A DNA stretch of 63,383 nucleotides, the filler included, from Kipferlia bialata (Eukaryota), in NCBI GenBank assembly GCA_003568945.1. It is 5 parts of 5 records of this genome, joined end to end, with 100 filler letters (N's around TTAATTAATTAA, not from the genome) between each part and the next. Parts side by side here need not be neighbours in the genome. Positions count along the whole stretch, not along the records: positions 1 to 31,133 come from BDIP01000024.1; positions 31,234 to 58,413 come from BDIP01000027.1; 3 more parts are not named here. One strand, 5' to 3'. The translations under genes and the position numbers were made by a program. Each line of letters opens with the position of its first letter. Positions within the stretch are counted from its first letter, which is position 1. Positions 28,138 through 38,400 of this stretch are shown here, one piece after another. Under the pieces are notes generated by a model that had not been told where the DNA came from, did no database searches, and saw only the letters and a program-made list of their open reading frames with translations.

Positions 28138-30132
28138 ATGTCGATATTCGCCAAGGCCAAGGAGGCTGGGAACAAGATCCTATGCCTCGTGTGTTGCATT
28201 GTGTTCACAGGTATCTGGTCGTAAGTCTTTTTCTTCGTCCTAATTGAGTAGTTACTTTTTGCGGCCTTGTTCTTCGCGTGATAAGCGTCAGACTGCCACT
28301 CTCAGTGGTTCTCGACCTTTCGTCGGTCTAGTATTCCCAAGTACATCATATTCTCTCTTGTTACCTCTTTCTTTTGACTCTTCGGCTACTCAGAGTATAT
28401 ATTTATTTATTTCACATACCCGTTTCCCCTCACCCTCAGGCCCTGTGCTCATGCTCATCGGAGTCATCATGCTGGTACGTGTCTGTAGTAGTTATTTCGT
28501 CCCTATCCCTGCATTCCCCTCACACTCAGATTGCTTCCCTGGACAACACTGAGAGTACGTTTGGTGACAAATGAAGATTCCACGCCTCCGTAGGACCACT
28601 TGCCACATTGATACTTCTGATTCTTCCCCTCGTATATCACCCTCTGACCCGCAGACAAGGAGGCCGCCGTTGACCAGTGGGTCACCACCAACGCCCTCTG
28701 GGCCACCGAGGCCAGCAGCTGGACCACCATGATGAACAACGCCGCCCTGATCCCCCAAGTGAAGGCCGGCTTCAGCACCTTTGCCAGCACCTCCTACCCC
28801 TCCTTCAGCCAGGTGACCACCGCTGCCTCCGCCATCATCGAGTCCAAGGACGACGACGACTTTGCCGAGCAGTACCGTGGCCTCCCCACCGCTGCCAACG
28901 CCCCCAGCGACATCACATTTGTGTCCGGCACCTGGTACCCCCTCGGCGACAACTACCCCGGTACCGAAGAGGTTTATGTCAACCAGTCCGGCACAGTTGG
29001 CAAGGGTGACTTCGCCACCGGCTCCATCACCGTTCACTTCGACGCTACCACCAGCCCTGACTCCACTGTGCACCTCAACGAAGGATGGTACAAGAAGTAC
29101 ACTGTCTCCACCCAGAGCTTCAACAGCACCCAGTCCTCTACCTTCATCAGCTGGTACACCAACAACTGCGCCAACGGCATTGTGAACGACTACAACCTGT
29201 ATACCACCTCCAGGAGCTACTACTGCTACGGCCTCAAGAAGGTGTCCGGATCCCTCGAGTTTGTGCTTGACTTCACCGGTGGATACTCCACTGGTGCCGG
29301 AACCGTGGATTCTGAGAACGTCAACTCTCTCTCCTGGTCCACTTGCTCTGCCACCAAGGATTTCGGCTGGACTAAGGTCTACACCACCGAGAGACCCTCC
29401 ATCACCTCTGTGACCCTCGCCAGCAAGGCCTCCCCATGGACTGAGTACGACGGATTCGGTGCGTTAGTGCGATATCTACCCTCTCCCAATGTACTCCCCC
29501 CACTTCCCAGTTCACCCCAGGCCCCACCACTCTCGAGTCTGCCGTCTGGGCCGTTGCTGTGTTCTGGATCGGTCTCCTCTGGACCGGCTCTGTCGTTGTG
29601 TGTGTGGTCCTTGCCGTCAAGGTGGGATACACACCATGCACTATTGTATGACAGTCTCTATCCACTTGTATATGCCCTGTTCTGATGGCCAGGGATGCAT
29701 GTCCTGCTTCGGCATGGGCAAGAAGGACGAGCAGCCCGCTGCCCCCGTCCCCGCCGGTGCTCAGGTACACACAGCTGTTGACTATAAGCTATGTCTTTTA
29801 TACTGCTTGAAGTCTCATCCCAGATGCCCCAGCAGCAGTACAACAACCCTGCCGCCGGTGGATACAACGCCCAGCAGCCCCCCGCCTATGCCCAGCAGCC
29901 CCAGCAGTACAACCAGGGACCCCCCGGACAGTACACCCAGGTATGTGGATGTGGAGGGGTGGGTATGCAGTAGCAGTGGGGGAATGTGTACGGAAGACAT
30001 CGTCAGTGATACTCACCTCAGCCTCCCCCCCAGTACGCTCAGCAGCCTCCCCAGTACGCTCAGCAGCCCCCTCAGTACGCCCAGCAGCCCGGCCAGTACG
30101 GATCCCCAGCCCCCGCTCCCTCTCCCTACTAG
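28138..30132 (+). CDS. Two-TM membrane protein (445 aa) with a large extracellular loop and a P/Q/Y-rich cytoplasmic tail, function unknown
   Basis: 8 exons: 28138-28210, 28440-28474, 28530-28554, 28655-29458, 29521-29621, 29693-29764, 29824-29940, 30022-30132. All introns are GT-AG and the frame is preserved (1,338 nt). TM1 ILCLVCCIVFTGPVLMLIGVIMLIA, TM2 AVWAVAVFWIGLLWTGSVVVCVVLAV, tail with QQPPAY/QQPPQY repeats ending PAPSPY*. Confidence 0.85.
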
Positions 30133-30395
30133 AGAGCCAGCTGTCTAGGACCCCCGTACCTAGCCCTTGCTTGCATTGTCAGCAGTCCCATCTGTAAGAG
30201 GTCTTTGACTGACAATTCTTGTGTGTATGAATAGATAAGCAAGTGTGTCGAGTTCGTTGGTGCTTGCGATATCAATCTCACTGTGAAGACCTTGATGAAT
30301 CCAATACTAGAATATTTATGATGAATTGGGTGCATTATACATACAGAGTCCTATGCCTACTGGACCACCAAAGCACATTGTTAAATGGGCACCCT

Positions 30396-31036
30396 CTACC
30401 TGTGGATGGTCTCCTCTATGGCATCTGCCAGCTCTGCAGTGGTGTCCCCAGACTCATGTCCGGCAATCTCAATGAACACCTCGTCCAGAGTGGCCGTGCT
30501 GATACCAAAGTCCCCGACGGAGCTGGCAGCCTTCATGGCCTAGGAGGTCAGGTGCCATACACAGGAATAGGAATAGGAATAGGAATAATGAAGCCAATCC
30601 AACAGGCACCACATACGTAAAGATATAGTTATATATGTATATATACATGTGTGTGTGTGTGTGTGTGACTATACACACTATTGTACCTGCAGTGCCGCCA
30701 GGATGTGGGGGAAGTGGGTCTGGGCCGCGAAGGGGAGCAGGATCTGGAGCGTGGTGCCCCTGTCTACGGAGTGCTCTGCCTGGGCCAGGTCCCACTCTGT
30801 ACAGGCATCACATAGGGCGGAGAACACACGGTCTCCCTCGCCTGGCCTCTCCTCAATCTGGACAGACAGGGTGTAGCCCTACACGTAAGACATACCCTTA
30901 TGTATACACCGCCCCATATTCTATATATATCTACCTTGGCAAAGCGGTGCTTGAGGAAGAGCGGGGTGCCGGCAGCGCTCAGCTTTCCATTGGCCAGGAT
31001 AAGGATCTGGTCGGACAGAGCCTCAGCCTCGTCCAT
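30396..31036 (-). CDS. ABC transporter subfamily A, 3' end (end of NBD plus regulatory domain), 5'-partial
   Basis: Exons 31036-30935, 30878-30687, 30539-30396 give MDEAEALSDQILILANGKLSAAGTPLFLKHRFAK|GYTLSV...LLPFAAQTHFPHILAALQ|AMKAASSVGDFGISTATLDEVFIEIA...HR*. These contain the ABCA hallmarks MDEAE, G-x-x-LFLK-x-x-F-x-x-GY and GIS-x-x-TL(E/D)EVF. Upstream exons are lost at the contig end. Confidence 0.85.
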
Positions 31037-31133
31037 CTATCCAGTGAGTGGTGAGGGTATGTGTGTATATGAAGGATGTGGGGAGAGGGGGGGGGGGGGT
31101 TGTACTTGTAAGGATACACCCTGCGTACCGAGT

Positions 31134-31233
31134 NNNNNNNNNNNNNNNNNNNNNNNNNNNNNNNNNNNNNNNNNNNNTTAATTAATTAANNNNNNNNNNN
31201 NNNNNNNNNNNNNNNNNNNNNNNNNNNNNNNNN
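31134..31233. other. Artificial contig-joining spacer (N44-TTAATTAATTAA-N44)
   Basis: Exactly 100 nt with a six-frame stop linker; the same construct recurs three more times. Confidence 0.97.
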
Positions 31234-31240
31234 CCCCCCG

Positions 31241-31280
<40 letters not shown>

Positions 31281-31341
31281 AGGGGGGGTCACATCCTGAC
31301 TCATATATCCAACCCATCTCTACTCTCTACCTCTCCCCCTG

Positions 31342-33487
31342 TCACACCCCCATCTGGCTCTGTATGTCTGTGAAGTACTGTATCCTCAGGAGGTTGGACT
31401 CCTCGGTGAAGGTGGCCTGGTCAATGGCACCGGACAGGAAGGAGTTCCTTGGATGAGACACGTATATAGTAAATAGCATACAGTCGTGTCTAAGTCCGGG
31501 TGTAAAATACATACCTGAGCCTAGCCATGGATGCCCGTATGTCAGTGTGCCCTGCCTGCTCTCTCTCCCTCCTCTCCTCCTCTGCCTCTGCCTCTCTGTC
31601 TCTCTCTCTCTGGGCAGAGGAGTTAGAGAGGGGCACGGTCTCAGACACACCACTAGATATGCCACTACCCATGGGTGCAGACTGGGGTAGAGGGGCACTA
31701 CCTGCAGAGAGGGGGGCAGAGCTGTCCAGGGAGAGAGACGCAGTGTCTGCCTCGGACGCCCTGCCAAGGCCGTGTAGCACAGACACACCTAGGGGTGAAA
31801 CAGAGAGAGAGAGTCAGAGACAGAAACAGAGAGTAGGGGTGTACCTTGTGCGTATGGAGGGGGTGACACCATGTGTATGGTGGATGCATCCCCAGGCCCT
31901 GGAAATGTCCCAGGGGGATGGAGGGAGGATGACGATGCGACCTGTTCTGTAGGCACTGTCAGACCCATAGACCCAGAGGGTAGGAGGACAAGATCCGGCA
32001 TTACTAGGGAGGTCTGACAGGAGACGGACACAGAGGGAGGGGGGGAATGGGGGACACTAGGGGTGGCCTCGGGGAGGCTCCCACTCCCTGCCCCATCACT
32101 CTCAGCTGCCTGGGGATGGGCGTCTGGTAGAGCCGACGTCTCTGCCTCGTATGCAATCTCATGCAGAGAGGGCAGGGCAGAGGCAGAGACAGGCCAGTCC
32201 TCAGACGCCTCAGATGCCTCATCCACCTGCACACTGTGTAGAGTGGACACCCCCCCTCCCTTGCCCCCTCTGATCAGTGGTGTGCACAGGGGTGAGGGGA
32301 CACTGATGGCAGGGGACACAACCAGTGAGTAGGGGGGGGCACCACCCTCTGCATCCTGTGTGGTATGCCTCCACACACCCGGGGTCACACTAGCTAGGTC
32401 AGGTAGTGGCCTCTCCACCTCTCCCTCCCCCTCCTCGTCCTCAGAGAGTGCACTCTCCTCCTCCCTCTGCTTCTCTCTCTCCTCCCTCTCCCTCTGCCTC
32501 TCCTTCCCCTGTGCCCTGGATAGGTCCAACAGGAAGGGGGAGTCATTGAAGGGAACGGCAGAGAGGGGGTCAATGTCAAAGAGAGAGTGCGGGTCAGGCT
32601 GTTCCAGAGGCACCCGCACCCCCTCAAACACACCCTCAGTGGAGCCAGGGTGGTACCCAAGCAGGTGGGACTCGGAGGGGGCGGTGTATGGTGAGGGTGC
32701 ATCCACCCCCTCTCCCTCTCCCTCTACCCCCTTGTCTGCCTCTGCACTTACTACACCTCCAAAGACATCCAGCCCATCAGACCCAGGAGGTACTGTGGTA
32801 CCAGCAGGGTATGAGGTGTGTGTCATGTCTGCCAGTGCACTCAGGGAGGGCAGGGGGTATGCATACGCACTGGAGGGGGCAGGGGGTGAGCGTGAGGTGT
32901 GGGAGTAGTCTGGGACGGGCCAGGTCCTCTCTGCTGCCTCCCTATGCCCTTGTGCAGTCTCGGGTGATGCCACCTGGGAGAGTGGCACAGAGAGGGAGAG
33001 GGGGGTGGGTATGGGGCTGGGTCTGGGTAAGGGGTCTGCCTCTGTGTCATCGGGTCTCTCTGGCATCAGGGGTGCCCCCCCATGCACACCCTCATACCCA
33101 TCCCCATGTGCATCATATGCATCATGCCTGGACTGATATGTATCATGACTGGACTGAGGCACATACTCAGACAGGTGGGGGCGTCGCCGATAGGTGGTGC
33201 CTGCCTCACCCTCTCTCTCTCTCCCTCCCTTCCTCGCAGCGGAACCACCAGTAGACCGAGCAGCTCTCTCTCCCTCTGTCTCTCTCCGGGTCCTGTCAGT
33301 CTGCCGCCGTGGCTCACTCATCCTGTGCTCTGGGCCACTCTGGAATCCTCTCTCTCTCCCTCCACTCTGACCAGCCCTCCCTCCCCTACTAGTCCTACTA
33401 TCAGCCCCATACCCAGCACTCCTCCCTGATAGTGTTCTTGATACACCTGACCCTGACCGAGAGGCAGCAGAGGGGGACAGTTGGGGT
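31342..33487 (-). CDS. Low-complexity S/P/E/R-rich hypothetical protein, 5'-partial, with a possible C-terminal SHOCT-like motif
   Basis: Exons 33487-31845, 31788-31515, 31447-31342 with frame-compatible GT-AG junctions (acceptors tctcaccccag, ttcacccctag, ctcatccaag). The C-terminus reads MARLRNSFLSGAIDQATFTEESNLLRIQYF. Confidence 0.65.
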
Positions 33488-33518
33488 CTGGGGTGAGAGA
33501 CAGAGTGAGAGGGTGAAT

Positions 33519-33585
33519 GGGGGGGGGGGGGGGGGGGGGGGGGGGGAAAAAAAAAAAAAAAAAGAGATAACCCCCCCCCCCCCCC
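33519..33585. repeat. poly(G)-poly(A)-poly(C) homopolymer junction, probable misassembly point
   Basis: Long G, A and C runs with outward-facing splice acceptors on both sides. Confidence 0.7.
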
Positions 33586-33613
33586 CACCTATCTATACCT
33601 GTCTCACCCCCAG

Positions 33614-33863
33614 CCCTATGACGACTACAGCCAGGAGTACTCCAATGAGGTGTCATTTGGGGGCAGTATCCACCCAGTCCACTCCAGCATGGTGTGTGAC
33701 CTCTCTCTCTCTCTATCCCCACCCTCTCTTTCCATACATATGTACATGGATTCATGTGTATTCTCCTTCTCTCTCTCTCCATACTCTAACCCCCAGCGGA
33801 ATACGCAGCACCACTACCACCAGATGTCCGACTCTTACTTAGACCGGTCGGACATGGACATGT

Positions 33864-33868
<5 letters not shown>
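33614..33868 (+). CDS. Last two exons of an unknown gene (5'-partial)
   Basis: Acceptor ctcacccccag|33614 PYDDYSQEYSNEVSFGGSIHPVHSSM|GT at 33692, then acceptor ctaacccccag|33797 RNTQHHYHQMSDSYLDRSDMDMY* followed by (GA)n. Confidence 0.55.

Positions 33869-33914
<46 letters not shown>
33867..33914. repeat. (GA)n microsatellite
   Basis: About 24 perfect GA units. Confidence 0.95.
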
Positions 33915-33917
<3 letters not shown>

Positions 33918-35464
33918 TGTACCACCACATATTGTGTGTTAGTGTTTCAGTGAGATGTTGTTGTGTTACAACCCATGGCAAGAGAGAGAGAGACAGTTGT
34001 GTCTGGGGTTGTCTGTTAGAAATGAATATATGTTGAGCCGCATAAGTGAGAGAGAGAGTTGTGTATGGGTTTGGGGGGGGGGGGTAAACTCGACGACCGA
34101 ACTGTACTGAAAAGTCACAATAGTGGGTATAGGTGCCCCCCGTGAAGAGACACACCATGATGGGGGGATGAGAGAATGAGGGGGGAGTGTCTATTCTAAC
34201 ACTCAATGACAATTCAAATTCTGATTCTCGGACTACTACAAGCTACAAACAGAGACACAGCGGTGGGCTGCTCTCTCTCTCCTCTCCACTCCCACTGAGG
34301 GAGAGTACATCTCAGAGGCTAGGAGTGGTTAATCACTCACTCTTTGGGCTGCACTGAATGGATACCACAATGCTAGAAATACTGATCCATCTGGATCCAT
34401 CTGAATAGATATGCTGTGATGCGTATCTAGACAGGGCAGAAGTGGAACAGGAGCCACAGAAGGAAGACTAGTACTGGAGTCAGAGGACAACTAGTGAAAT
34501 CAAGATAGATATCCATATCTCGCTGGAGAGAATCAGTGTGAATATATACACCCAATTCTTCACTAGAGTCCCTCACTGCGCCACAACCATTCTCCCCCAC
34601 GGCGCCACCACGATACAATGCAGTATACAAAGAATGACTCAGGGTCGAATTGGAAATACGGTAGAATGGATCATACCTCCTGCATTGACTGATGCCACTA
34701 TGCCCCACAGTATCTGCTTGGAGTGGCCGTTGCACCTGAGACCGGAGTGACCTGGGTTTGTTGCATCGGTTGTGAAGTTGAGGGATGGCATGGTGTGTGA
34801 GTCTTATGAAGAGGTCCAGAGCCAATACCGCATCATAAATGCCAAGATGGCCGTTTCAGTGAGACACCTCTCTCCTTGAATATCAAAGACTTGTTGTAGG
34901 TGCGCAGCACACGTCACACCGAGGCCAGAAATACTACATACAGGGCAAATACATAACCGTATGCACTTTCTAAGGTGATCAGGACAGGATACCCAGTTTG
35001 CCTTGCAAAAGGGTCGCAAAAATAGAGTGAGAATCTCGGTTGAGAAGTTCAATTTGGTCTCTGGAATTATTTGATACAGTATGCCAGACAGCCTTTTCGA
35101 GCTCTGTGTATGTACACAATAGGCCCTTATTATAGCTGTCAGACTAATGCAGCATAGTTTCTACTCTCAGTTGTAGTTAATCATATCTATTCAGAATAGT
35201 TCCCACATCTCTACATAAATAATAGACGTGCGTGACTATACCAATGTTCCAAGTAGATCATACCCTAACCCACACCCCTCATAATCATGCTGCAACATGA
35301 ATAGAGAATCTTGGAGTATAGGGTAGATACACACAGGAACACATAGTAATACAAGCCACACCCGGTATCTGTCAAAGCGACAGTTGATGCAAAGGAACAG
35401 AGGAATAGACGGGTCGATCAGCATCGATCAGGAGCACGCACATGTACATACACGTGCATACACT

Positions 35465-38400
35465 CTAGAGGATACCGAAGTCCTGAAGCGTGGCAAAGAG
35501 CTCTGGTGCGAAGGAGAGCGAGGCCAGCTTGAGGCTGAGCAGCACCTGCACCAACAGCTTGATGGGGTCATTGATCAGTGCATCTTGTAGGATACCGGTC
35601 AGGTTGGATATCATCCAGTTCTTGCCAACAGTGGAGGCAAACTTGAGTGCGTACAGCAGGATCATGCCCATGAGCACCAGGAGGTATGTGAAGGCCATGC
35701 CGTACCAGATGTATGCATAGTGGTAGGACCACTCCTTAGAGAGCACTCTGAGCACTATCCTGTTGAAGAATGACTTGCCATCCAGGTTGGCTCTCTTGGT
35801 CAGGGTCCTATCACTGCCTGGCACCCTCTTGCCTATAGGCCGGGTGTGGGCAAAGAGGTACTTGAAGAAGGTGGTGGGAGGAGTGGCGATGAAGGCAGTC
35901 ACGACACCGATGATGAGTGTCTGCTTCCAGCCGTACTCCTCACACACAACGTCGTCCACCGTCAGTCCCTCCTGGCCTGTGTTTGCATACCCCTCCTGGC
36001 AGTCTGCTCTGAAGAACAGGGCTGAGGCGAAGAAGAGACCGAAGAGGAACACCATCAGACAGGTGAGACGTCTAGGGCCTGGGGGTCAGGGTGGGGGAGT
36101 GAGACAGATATATACACTCATACTGTATACTAATTATCCAGTGACCCTTCACTGTACCTGCCACGCTTGAGTATATATAGACACATTATACTATATCCAC
36201 TGTTACCTGTCATGTTGGACTTTGACTTGTGGAAGATGAGGGACAGCCAGTCGTGCTCCCTGAGGGATGTCACAAACATGTCGTAGAGGAACCTCTTGGT
36301 GAATGTCTCCTCCTTGTTGTTCTCATAGAGCTTGACCTGCTTGGCAATGGCCTTGCTCGTCTTGATCTCGGTCAGGTCCAGTCTGGAGATAGACGGACTG
36401 CCCACATGGCTGGATAGAGCGGGTGTGACCCTGCCCCCAGTGTTTCTGTTGGCATAGGGTGTGTTGAAGGTGTCCCTGTCTAGGCTCTGCTCATCAGAGG
36501 CCTCGGGGGTGTGTCCCTCGTCTGTCTCAGACTCAGTCATCTCACCCTGCAGGGCACTCCTCAGAGCCTCATTCAGCTTCTGGTTCTTGTCCTTCCTGGC
36601 CTTGCCCTTGCCCTTGGTAGATGGGGACACAAGGTCCAGGAGGGACTTGGACTGTGCCAGACCAGGGGTGGTGGCACCACTGGGTGTGGAGGGGGTGACA
36701 GGGGCCTGGAGGCCATTGATGGGCACAGGGGGTAGCACAAATGCCCTCCCCATCTTCTGCTTGTTGGCTGTCCTAGCAGCTGCCTCTTGCATACGCTCAA
36801 TCATCTGTCTGGCCAGCATAGAGGCATTGGTGTCGTTGGACGAGGTGGGGGAGCCGGAGGTGTTGCTGTTCCGCTGGAGGGGGGAGAGGGCGGGCAGGGC
36901 AGGTAGGGAGCTCTGCTGGGCCACTGGACTGAGACCGGACATGATGGAGGGAGACTTGCTGGGGGACCCGCCCAGCCTCTGTGCGCGTAGCTTGGCCACC
37001 ATCCTATGCGCCATATCTGTATGATTGGCAGAGAGGGCGGGGAGTCTCTCGTAGGAGAGGGCACTCGTCATGCCCTTGGCAGCAAGGGGGTTGCTGGGAG
37101 CCTGGAGGGGGGCCAGAGGGGAGAGGGGCTCACTGGGTGTGTGCACGCCACTGTGACTGAACCCTCCGACAGCTGGTAGGACAGGGGACCCAAGTGCCTT
37201 GGGTGTGTGCAGTCTACCACCCAGAGTGGATGTAGGAACAGCAGGGGTGCCAGATACACTGAGGGGAGGCAGGGGCTGGTTGAATGCCCACCCATCGTCG
37301 TCACAGGTGGGTCCGAACATGCCCTCTGACATGTGGTTGGAGTGGAAGGGGGAGAGGCGCTGGGCCTGGTCTCTTCTAAACACGTTGTTGGAGAGCTTCT
37401 TGAACCGTCTGTCACTAACACTCGCGTAGTTCAGAGCGATCATGAGACCGACGTAGACTGAGATGCACCCACCGAGCAGCATCACAGGTGCCATGTTATC
37501 ATCGATGGTGGAGAGGAGGTCAGGGATGTCCTCGGGGTCGATGACGTTGACATCAATGCCGAACTGGTGGAAGAAGGACGTGAAGGACGTGAAGTGCTGG
37601 GTGTAGGCAGTGAGATAGGCCGTGGTGTTGTCCCAGCCGTATGTGGAGATGCCCTCCTCGCTCCAGTCTGTGCCGTTCCATGCCTTGACTAGCAGGGTGG
37701 CATTGAGGGAGAGGAGAGAGTCGAGGTCGGGGATGGAGTCGAGGGGTATGGTGATGCCCACTGGGTCTGCCAGGTCAGACACATCCAGTGACCCATCATC
37801 ATCTGACACAGAGATTGACGCCATGCTGCTGTAGAAGGTAGTCGAGTTACCACCCATGGGGGGTGTATCCATGGTCACCATCGACACATACATGTCCCCT
37901 CCAGTGGTAGATCCCACTGCATCTCCAAAGCCCGAGGGCAGAGAGAAGTTTGCAGCACCGTCCAAGAACCCAATGGCAGACTCTGTCACCGTAGAGATGG
38001 CCTGGGCGCCAAAGTTGACGCTGGAGCCAGCGCCAGTGACGGCCCTCTGTCCATTGACTAGAGAGGCAGCCACGTTGGTGGCCACCTGCTCGATGGAACT
38101 GAGCACTCTCACACCCACACGCTGTGCCAGGGAGAGGAGGGACATGTCCAGGCCCTCCTGCTTGGCTAGGGACATGACAGAGCCATCGGTGGAGGCGGCA
38201 AACTCGGAACTGACCTTATCATAGAGAGAGTCAGCGGTGGAGAGAGAGGCCGAGACGAAGGAGGAGTCTGTGTTGGCGGTGCCGGCCATGGTACCAAGTA
38301 GCTCTCCCAGGCTGTCTGCCTCCTCATTAGACATTGACGACACACTCCCTGCCACGGCACTCAGTGTCTGGGCAGAGGCTGTCTGGACAGAGGAGGAGGA

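Noticed and set aside
30028..30100. 18-nt tandem repeat CCCCAGTACGCTCAGCAG
   Set aside because: Simply encodes the PQYAQQ repeats of the 2-TM protein tail.
31789..33588. ORF start MGGGGGLSLFFFFFPPPPPPP taken as a real N-terminus
   Set aside because: It is a translation of intronic homopolymer runs; the real exon begins at the acceptor at 33487.
34427..35052. Short ORFs in the intergenic region as a possible transposon remnant
   Set aside because: No recognisable transposase/RT motif, terminal repeats or consistent exon chain.
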